Assembly (NCBI RefSeq): GCF_030144855.1
Contig: NC_082722.1
Coordinates: 28,892,001-28,956,000, forward strand
DNA length: 64,000 bases
Direction of reading: 5' to 3'
Source: Hypanus sabinus
Lineage: Eukaryota
Positions 35,311-45,855 of the stretch are shown piece by piece (position 1 is the stretch's first letter; each line of letters opens with the position of its first letter). A model generated the notes under the pieces. The model worked only from the letters and a program-made list of their open reading frames with translations, made no database searches and had not been told where the DNA came from. Made by a program: the position numbers and the translations under genes.

Positions 35311-36129
35311 TGTTAATGATCTATTGTGCTGGATTTCTAAATAGAATAAAAAAAATAAAGTGGGAAAAATGAAGATCGGCTTGACAGAAGGTAGTCTAAG
35401 AAACAGTTTTTTAAATTACTTTCTTAAAATTTAGTTGCAAATTTTACATGCAGAACATATTAAAGAAGCTCAGTAAGGTATTGAGAATGGAAACTGGTTT
35501 ATCACGTGACTTCAGATTTCCAAGCATTCACATACAGTATTGAAATTATTGGGTTTGTGATAATAGTTTCTAGAGTTACAACGTGGGTAACTATACATGG
35601 AATTTCACTTCTCTCTCTGCAGGAAGCAGAACCAATTCAGTCATCAATATTGTATAGGAGTTGGAGAACATAGAAAAATATTCTAAAAGCATTGGTCTCC
35701 ACCTAGCACCGTGGAATATCTGGGTTGTCAGCAAGTTTTAGGGAGTTGTTTCAACAGTGAGCTGGGGTCATGTCGGGAGTTTAACGTAGTACATCTTTGA
35801 AAGCCAAATATAAATCACATTACAAGGCATATTTCAAAGTTGAATATTTGTAAGTTTGTACAGTGTTGCGATACTGCTAGAACTTCACTTCTCCCTGAAT
35901 TAATCCAGATCAAAAAGGGCCTGATATAACTGAATGAGGTTTGCCTCTGCAAAAGTTAGGCTCTGTAGAGACAAAGGTGATAATGGCCGAATACAGAACC
36001 ATTGAGGCAGAAGTGAGGTTCATTATTTCCTGCCCTTGCATTATGTTTGGCTTTCAGCATCAATCAGAACATTCTGATGTCAATAGGCCAGAACACCCTT
36101 TCTACGCTTGTATTTTTCTCGAAAGCAGG

Positions 36130-36346
36130 TGATGCACCATCAATAACTCACTCTGAGACGTAAAGGCGAGATGTCGGCTTTTATTGACTGGAAGAAGGAA
36201 CAAGCAGTGAGTGACCACCATACTACATCCTGGAGACTGAGAGGCCGGGCTCAGGCCTTGATCGCCTTTATACAGGGGTCTGTGGGAGGAGCCACAGGAG
36301 CAGTCAGCAGGGGGCGTGTCCAGACGGGTATATGTAGTTCACCACA
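36130..36346 (-). mobile_element. Solo LTR (217 bp)
   Basis: TG...CA termini; flanks GCAGG/GCAGA (5-bp TSD, one mismatch); TATAAA (36272-36267) followed by AATAAA (36185-36180) on minus; CpGs retained. Confidence 0.75.
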
Positions 36347-37243
36347 GCAGATAGTTTGCCCAAACAAACTGCAGTGCCATAGAAGTTGTCCGAGCCATGA
36401 AAATTGAATTCCTTACTCGCATGAAGCATCTGTTTTATTATGACTCCTTGGCTGAGACCCAGAACCACAAATTCATCAGTGGTCTCATTCTTTAAAATAC
36501 TTTGAGCATAGTCTTAACAACTCAAGTAATAGATGATGACATTCAATAAAAACTGCAGTTGCTAGAAACTGGAAAAAACACTGAAAATGTTCCAAATGTT
36601 CTGCAGGTCAGGCAGCATCTGTGGTAGTAGAAATAGTTAATAAGTCTGGACCCTTTATTGGAGCAATGACACAGATCTATTAGCACACTCAAGGATGTCC
36701 ATATTGTGATCAATATCTGAAAGGAGACCAATCCTGGCACATGGCTGACACCATGTGCCAGCCAAGAATGGCTGACTGACTGGTGTGACACGCTAAAACA
36801 AAAGCATACTGCAGCTTTCTGCTGCCAAAATACAAACTGCAGGTCAGATGGGCTGTCACCAAGTTCTATTTACAATGGTGTCAAAGAATGCTATGCATAC
36901 TTTCATCCCAGCTGCCTGTATACATTGCATTTATACCTTGGTTTGCATTTGCTCTTACTGTGCCAATTAATTGTCTGAGAACCGTCAACATTATCTTCTG
37001 TAAGTATGGCATTCAAGCTGCTGCCTGAACTCTGGTCTGCTATTCTCTATTACAGTATTTGGAAACTTCTCACCACCTCCTAAGCTCAGCTGACCTATGA
37101 AAGGGTCCTAGATCTCCTTGCTGTCCAGTAGAATATCCTTGTCAGAGCCCTTTAATCAGTCTACATCCATGATCACTGGTACACAGCAGTAATCTGTAAA
37201 TATAGACCTATCAGTGTCAGTTTTCAACATTTTTTCAGTCTAA

Positions 37244-37406
37244 TGCCCTTCCCTTGGACAACATTAGTGGCGTTGAGGGGAAACTTGCAGCTTGGACAAC
37301 TGCCAGTCTTCCGTTAAAAAAAAACCTTGCCCAGGCTTGCGCCCTGAAAACTTTCCAAGGCGCAAATCCATGGTCTATCGAGACTAATGGACGCCTACAC
37401 TACACT
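37244..37406 (+). mobile_element. Young short retroposon with (CTACA)n tail
   Basis: Perfect 15-bp TSD ATTTTTTCAGTCTAA at 37229-37243 and 37407-37421. Confidence 0.8.
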
Positions 37407-37514
37407 ATTTTTTCAGTCTAAAGAAAAATACTTTGGACAGGTCTAAGCAAATCCAAAACTTAGTGTAGGAGTCATTTATCTATCTGCATTGTATTCTGTG
37501 TTGCACATTTATGA

Positions 37515-40500
37515 TGGTAGCCAGTTTCATGAGTGGGGTGCATGGTAAAAGCAAAGGGAGTAAGTTATACAGTACATTCATGCTTTGTTCATGTAGTTTG
37601 CAGCTGGGAACTAATGGATGCCTAATTATGCTTAGGTTTCATCACTTCAACATTGTATGTTTGCTAATTGCTAACAAAGGATCAAATACATACCTTCACT
37701 TTGGAACAATCATTATGTCAGCTGAAGGTGCATCATGCAAGTACAACAAATCCATGGGGATGCCAGCAATTGTTTTGGCTGGAATTGGGGGCTACATTCT
37801 GTCAGCAAAAGTTTTCGACATTTATACCAAACGAACATCAGCATTCGGATGTGTCTGTGAAATTAGGAGCACCACAGCCTGGAGCAGCTTGAGGCAAGTA
37901 AAAACCCTTTGTTGATTCATGCTGTGTGTTTCGGTTTGAAACACAGTTTTGAATGGTCAGCACTGCCTGTCCAGTTGGGGGATGAAAGCTGTAAAGTGGT
38001 GTTTGCCTGAGTTCGATGCTTCGTTCTGTTCAAATGTTGAAATACTTAAGTTGCCAACAGTTGAATTGACTTGCCGTTGTTTTGTTTAGTTTGCAAACTT
38101 GGAAAACAACATGACTCAAACTGGAAGCAATGACAACGAAGTCAAGACTAAGGAATTAAACAAACATGCATTGTTGAAGGTCAGATTGCTAAAGGAATTG
38201 AAAATACTTATAAAACCATAGAAATGCTGTAACTGTGTATAAAGCTGATGACTTTCATGATGATGTACTGTACACTTTGAAGGCAGTGCATCAAATGTGC
38301 ATGCAGCAGGTTCTATTTTGTGCATCTGATACCTCCATGGTAAAACAGACTGATTTGGCTGAGCTATGCACAAAACAACAAATATTGAGGGATAAACATG
38401 AGTTGCTCCTCATGATGGAGCAGCTTAAGTTGCAAGAAGAAATTGCAGCCAAGGTGGCCAGAATTAAAGTGCTAAGAGCTTCAAGCACTGTGTGCTAAAC
38501 ATGCTCCAGCAGGACAGTTCTATGGTGAGAGTCGCAATATTGACATGGAACAGTGCAAATCCAACATACTCAATGTCAATGTGGATACATTTGTTCCTCA
38601 GATGTCTATGAGCCACAAGTTTGAACCCCAAGGGGTAATTCAGGATGTTCACTCTCAGCTTGTATCAAGGAGACACTCTGAACCTATGCCATATCCAATA
38701 GCTTCTGAGGATATTAATCTACAGTGTGGTGACACTCGCCTTTCAGATGATAGAAGTGTAAACGCTGCACTGGAGGCCATAAGGAAGTGAAAAGAGTTTA
38801 GGGAAGCAACAACGCATTGCATCTCTACCTATAAGATAAATTCAAATCTTTGACGGTAATCCATTGCAGTATCAATTATTTATGAGGGCTAACAAGAATA
38901 GCACTGAGGCAAAACTGACGATTATGTGACTGCCACTGCATGAATGAAGTCACCAGAGAAAGGTACTGGTAGTTATGAAGCAGTTTCTTTATTCGACAGA
39001 ACAAGTTACAGCAGGCATCATATCAAGACAATTTCGATGGAAGGGTCTGGCTGGCCCAACGTGGGGCTCGATATTTTGTGTGTTAAATATCAAAGAACAA
39101 TTCCATATTTACAATACATCCACAAAAGCTTTCTTTGAAACTATATACAAACTTCACACCTCCCGATTCAAGCCCACATCACAGATATCTAAATGAATTT
39201 TAATCAGCATTGTCTGGTCTGTGATTCAAAGCTCTTAGGAACCTATTGTTCAGAACTGCATTTAAAGTTAAATGTACAATTTATATTTAGCTTTGAAGTT
39301 GGTGGCTGAAGTCATTTGCTAAATGTAAATGTGCTGAACTCAAAAATCGCTCTAATGGTGACCATCTTTATTGTCTCGCACAGTTCACTAGAGGTTACCC
39401 TAGAGACCTTATCAAAAGTTGCTAGTAAGCCAACCCGGAGCAAGGGTAGCCAAAGGCCCAAGCTTCACCACTAGAACATCTTGGTCACGCGCGCAAAATT
39501 GCTGCAGCCTACATAGAAAAATGTTCCTTCTTGGCCGCCATGTCAATTCAGAAGTGGTTACAGGTAAGCTTCAAGGTTACAGCCTTTTTTCTTAGAAACT
39601 ATTGCAGTGCCATAGAAGACATGCAGGACACGTGACTTGGACATGCCTGCTAATGAGGATTATCGTAAATAAATTGTCCAATAAACTTAGAGGAAAATGG
39701 AGATTTTTCCATGCGGGTCTATGAAGTACAAGAAAGGCACAATTAAGTTTGCATTCACTGATGTGGTTGACTTTATTGAAAGGTGCATATAAATTGTAAG
39801 ACACCGTGTTTCAGAATGTGTATGATGCTTCACCACTAACAGTAAGCAAAGTGTGAACAAAGCTGGATCACAAACTCTTTCTAAAGCTGAAGAAAGCAGC
39901 CTTGCTCCTACTATGGCTACCAGAACGAAGGAATGGGTTTGTCTGTTCTGCTAGGGTGAACATACTTTGGATTTGTGCTCTCAGCTAGATAAAGGGGTTC
40001 AAAATGAGAAGAGTACCTTCCTAAAAGAAAATGGTGTCTGCTTTGGTGACTGTGTACAGGACACTTCAGCAAGGAATGCAGGAAGTGTCTTTCATGCAAG
40101 GTATGCAGTGGCAAGCATCCCAGCAAACTTCATATTCACTCTGAAGGAAAGAGTGCAGAATCAATCAAACAGCAGCGAATAACACCCTGGTATCTGAAGG
40201 CCTTGCCGGGTCTTGTGATCATAATTGTAAACTTCCAGTAATTCCAGTTCAAGTGCAGTCTAAGAGTCACAAAACAGTGGTTGCTTATGTTTTCCTAGAT
40301 CAAGGAAGTACAGCAGTGCTCTGTACAGTGAACCTCATGAACAAGCTTTCTCTTACACACCATGCATCAAAAGAAGGTTGTGAGTAACTGTGTCATTTCA
40401 TGATTGGAATTGGCTAGCTTAGACAGCGAAGTGAAACGTACTTTGCTGGGTTGGACTGTTAATGGACCATTGAAAGGAGACCATGGAGGCAGAAGAGACT

Positions 40501-40816
40501 ATGCTGGCCAGCACTGAGTTAATGGGATTTCAGTTTTGCATTTGGATGAGCTTTGGCAGCAGCAATTCAAGACACATTTTCCTGAATGCAGGCAAGAGAA
40601 ACATCCTAGTTTGTCACGTCCAATTACGCTTAACTTACTTTTGGGAATGCTTAAGTTTCATCGCTTCAAGAGAGTACATTTGCTAATCACTAATAAAAGA
40701 TCAAATACATTTCTTGAACTTTTGAACAATCATCATTGGAACTGAGGGTGCATCATGCAAGAATAACAAGTCCATGGGATCAGCAGCAATTATTTTGGTT
40801 AGAATTGGCTGCTACG
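37515..40816 (+). mobile_element. Decayed BEL/Pao LTR retrotransposon (gag-protease remnants, RT/IN deleted)
   Basis: Diverged direct repeats ~37628-37796 / 40647-40816; IQIFDGNPLQYQLFMRA, MRIIVNKLSNKLRGKWR, FLKENGVCFG zinc knuckle, protease VFLDQGSTAVLCT, KRTLLGWTVNGPL. Confidence 0.8.
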
Positions 40817-42479
40817 CTTTAGGTTGTGGTTTAATTTTAAACTATTGGTGTAGCTGAATTACCTCCAAAGAGTAGGCCAATAAAACAACCGGTCTGACAG
40901 GGCAGCTAAACAGGCATTCAAATCTTAATAGTGCAAAGTGCAAAGATTCTTTGGATCTCAAATGTATACTCTACGTATCAGTTTTTCATAATTTGGAGAA
41001 TTGTACAACTATGTGTCTAATGTAATTAGTATGCATCAAGTTTGAAGAAAACCATTTTGCTATTACTATCATGGATAGCTAATGAGACTGCAGATGAGAT
41101 GGTATTACATGTTGTTTTCCGATGTACACAAATTCACTATCATTTTATTAATAAGGAAGACTAATTAATGCTTGGGATGGTTATATAGCATCAAAAAGTT
41201 TCAATTACCTAACTAGCCACAGGCAATTCCTGTATTGAGGTGTGGATTTGCATTCATAGAAAATAATGAAGTTTAAGCTAATTGTTTTTTTGCCCCTACA
41301 ACATTCTGTGAAAGCATTTTATTCTGTATCTCAATTTTTTGAGTAGTGTTTTGTAATTTTTGTAAGAGCAAATTTCCGCGCGCGTGTATTTTTATTCTCC
41401 TGTTGTCAAAATCTGATCATTATACATCATCTGATCCATACAGACCGTCCACTCATAAGGTATCTATAAAATATTTCATAATTATCCTGAGTTAGGATAC
41501 TGAGTTCATGAATACAAATGAAGAAAGCAACTAACATTTTTCCTTTACAAACAAACAAAAAAAACCCTGGTGCTCTTTAAAAACGAGTTTACGAAGTCAT
41601 TTTTCATCAAAAATTACAACAGTATACAATAGTCTAAATGCTAAATGTTTTACTGAATATTCCAATTTCGAAAGTGTTTGTCAGTAATTTGAGTAACAAA
41701 CAAATATATCAACTAAGACTAAAATTTAAACAAATAATTACTTTAAAAAAATTTAACTTAAAATTAAAGTCTGGATCCTTGATTGGGAATCTTAGATTAT
41801 TTTTGCAGCACAATATAGTTCCAAACTGAAAACCCACCTTTGACTAATTCTAGGTCAATGCTGTTTGCTTCTGATTTGTCTGTGGATTGTAACCGGTTTT
41901 GGAAGAGTCATTTCCCAACATATAAAGAACTTCTTTAAAAAATTGATTCTTTATCATTATGATTTTAATGACATGTTCTTGGAAGGAAAGAAGGAATCCT
42001 ATCTTTAGTCTGCCATCTAGTGAAAAAAAAGATACAAGCCATTGAATAATAAAATCCACACATTCTATACTAAAAATTCAATGGAATGTTAACACAATTT
42101 CCCATTCCACCTACTAAGTTAATATAATTTGGAGCAATTTGCAAGGAAATTGGGCACTAATAATTTTAATCACAACAGCAACAAAACTAGAAGAAATTGC
42201 TGATTAACCTCTTTCCACTTATTCTTTTTTGTGCATTAATTGTGCCAAGATCACTACCACTGCATTCTTAAGATGCTGCCTCGTCTGGTTAACAAGGTTC
42301 CTTTAACAACCTCTTTCTGGAAGTTTGGAGGTGATTCCCAATAGATAGTCTGTACTATCTGGATGGCAAATTGTTTTCGATTGAACGAGAAAGCAGCCCT
42401 GAATTGCCGGGGGTGGTACAGAGTTTAGAATCAAGATGTGCAATTTGACCATTAGATGTACTCTGTATCAGACCACAGA

Positions 42480-42797
42480 ACGGTCTCACAAATAGCTGGT
42501 AATTTCTCTCCCCCCTTCTCTTTTTTCATCCCCTCCATTCTGTTTCCCTGCACATTCCTTCTCCTCATCTGCCCATTATCTGCTCATGATGCCCCTCCTC
42601 CATGGTCCACTGTCCTGTCCAATCCCCCTCACCTACCAGCTTGTAGTGCATACCCCTCCCTCCAATTTCTGATTCCGGCTTCTTCCCTCCTCTTCTCCGT
42701 CAGTCCAAAGAACAGGGACCATTTTCTCTTCTCCACAGATGCTGCCCAACTTGCACTTTCTCCTGAACTTTGAGTTTCTCAAGATTTCCAGAATCTC
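42480..42797 (+). mobile_element. Degenerate PLE 3' tail
   Basis: Pyrimidine-rich body ending CTCCACAGATGCTGCCCAACTTG..CAAGATTTCCAG, like the other PLE tails. Confidence 0.55.
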
Positions 42798-44669
42798 TAT
42801 GTTTTGGACACAATTTCTCTTTTCAGAGTAGGTAGAAAATGCAAATCAGATATTATCCATCTAAATCCAATAACTTATAAAAACTCTACTGGCAAACTTA
42901 TCCCACACTAGATTCCCCACTCCATCATTCTTTTCTCATTAAACTCATAGTTCCAACTTTTATTTTTCTGTTAACCATACCTTCCCCAATTCATAAATGT
43001 ATTATTATACAGTGTTTGCTCCCGACAGTTATTAAAGCTTACCTGCAAAGATATAGTACAGTGTAATTAATTTAGTTCTTTAACAGCCTATTGAAGCAAA
43101 GTGTCAACACATCCCATAAACACAAATTCTGGAAGGGTTAAAGCTCTCTAAATAAATGAAATAAGCTTTTATTTTAAGAACTGCTTTAATATTAATACTG
43201 GTAAAAATCTCAAATTTTACAACCTGAACCATACAGTGATGCAATTTGACAGAATGTGGCAAAAGGTGACTCATTTGGATGAGTCCATTTTAAAAAAAGG
43301 TTTGAGTCAGGATTTACCCCAAATACTCAATCTAAATCAACAGCCGCATCACTCAGGGGTGTTCTAGAGCAAGAATGTAAATTTCCTTAAAAAATTTAAA
43401 CTATTTATTTAAATTACTATCATTGTTTACCAGCTTTTCATGCCACATTTATTTGATTTAAACTTCTGGCCTTGTATTCTTGCTTCTTGATGATTAGGCC
43501 AATTGGCTTACTAATTCAATGGCATCACCACAATGACACAAATACACTATTGATTTAAACTAAATTTCCAATATAAAGCACTAAACTTTGGTACATATTA
43601 TTAAGAGATGCAGCAGAACCTACCATAAAGAGATTTAAGAGCATCTTATTTTTGCCTATTCATATCACCTCATGGTCCATTCAAAGGGTACCCTTTGAGA
43701 ATATTCATTACTCTCAAAATATTTTTGTTTTTGTTACATGCTCCTGTTATATATGATAACCATACTAAGGTCTACACTATGGACATTAACTAGCCTACAA
43801 CACCTCTTCTACATGACTATTCTTCATGAATAAGCTTTATGTTGGCAAGCTCATGACTTGTACAGGGTCTTGCACTGAAACCCACCAGTTCTAAATCTGA
43901 TAGTGCCACTCTTATTAATATAGATGGTACCAAAGAGGAACCTTATCTGAATTTTCTAATTCCAAGCCTGTTTATTGCAGCCATTTGTAGATTCCGTGCG
44001 CACCCTTGTAAATGATCATGTTTGGCTGGGAAATCAAATCTTGCACCTCCCTGTTCCAAATGGTTTATTGCACATTGAGTCATTAAATATAAACATATTT
44101 AAAACATATAATAGCTGCAAGTATGCAAATGCCTGCAGTAGCCTTTATTCTACACCTAATGCTTGTGGTAAATATATTAGAAAATGGAGATTGAAATACA
44201 CAACTACAGTGCTGAAATTTACACATTTCTATTTGATACTGTGTCATACAATTAGTTTCAAAATGGCAATCAAATCAAATCGCATTTGAAGCAGCAAATG
44301 TTATGTGTAACACTGATTTGATCCAAATGGTAACACTGGAGGTCAGAATTCCAACCAATCCTCTTGCTGGGTAGAGATACGTGCCCTCTACGACACTGTT
44401 AATTGATTACCTGCACACTAGCTATAGGGTAAATACCCTTCGGCCACATCAGTGGGAAAGGAAACAGTTAATGCATCAGGTGGAAGACCATTCATTGTAA
44501 CTGGGAAGGAGACTCAAACTCTTAAAACTGCAAGGACGGTGGGAGAGGGTAATGCTTCCAATAGGATACAACCTGTGTGACTCTGGGGTCATCTGTATTC
44601 TTTCCCAAATGGTTAATAAATTTTACATCACATCACCATTCAAATATACAGTAAAGGTTATATTTCAAG

Positions 44670-45855
44670 AACACACAAGGTTCTGCAAATCAAAACTTTG
44701 AGCAACACATTCATAGTGTCAGAGGAACTCAGCCGGTGAGATAGCATCTATGGAGGGGAATAAACAGTCAATGTATTGGGCCAAGAATGTTCACCAGGAC
44801 TGGAGAGGAAGGGGGCAGAAGCCAGCATATGGTGTGAGGAGGGGGAGGAGGACAAGCTGGCAGATGATAGGTGAAACCAGGTGAGAAGAAAGGTGGGGGG
44901 ATGGGGGAAAGGGGAATGAAATGAGGAGCTGGGAGGTGATGGGTGGAAGAGGTAAAGGACTGTAGAGGGAATAACAGAGCAGACAAAAGAAGACAATAGG
45001 TGATGGAAGAATGAGGAGAGAGACGGGAACTAGAATTGAGAATGGAAAAGGGAGAAGGGGAATAAATTAACAGTAATATAAAAATCAGTTCTAATAACTA
45101 AATAATTTAGTCCCCAATCTATGCCAGGTCTCAGCAATGTCATGGAGGTCACACTGGATACACCAAGCCTCTGGATGCATTCGAGAGTTAGATAGAGCTC
45201 TTATAGATAGCGGAGTCAAGGGATATGGGGAGAGGGCAGGAACGGGGTACTGATTGTGTATGATCAGCCATGATCAGAGTGAATGGTGGTGCTAGCTAGA
45301 AGGGCCAAATGGCCTACTCCTGCACCTACTGTCTATTGATACAGTAGGTGAACCTAACAGTCTTGCAGGTGAAGTGTCACCTCACATACAAGGAACATTT
45401 GAAGACCACTGAGGGAGGAGATGAAGCACCTGTCCCACTTGAAGGGATAAGCACCAGGAGGAAGATCAGAGGAGGATGGTTTTGGGGTTGGGGTGCGGGG
45501 GGGAAGAGAGAGGGAGAGAAATATATTTAGTGGTATCTGCATTGTAAATGGTGGAACTTATGGAGAGTGATGTGTGGATACAAAGGCTTGTGAAGCGTTA
45601 GGTATGGACAAGGAGAATCCTATCTCTTATGGAAACGGAGATGGGGTGAGGGCAGACATGCGGGAAATGTATGAAATGTTGGGCATGGGCTACATTAATG
45701 GCGGTGGAAGAGAAGAGAAACACCATTCTTTGAAGAATGAGGACATCTCAGATGTTCTAGAATGGAAAGCCCCATCCTGAGAACAGATGCAGTGGAGACA
45801 GGGAATTGAAATAATAGGAAAAACAGTTTTATAAATGGTAAGTGAGGAGAGGACG
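44670..45855 (-). mobile_element. Degenerate PLE fragment with a nested CR1 3' end (~45170-45340)
   Basis: Homologous to 648-1682; decayed hammerhead at 44765-44802. Confidence 0.75.

Noticed and set aside
42269-42400. Exon-like minus frame AAFSFNRKQFAIQIVQTIYWESPP...
   Set aside because: Weak acceptor, no recognisable homology, and a length compatible with chance
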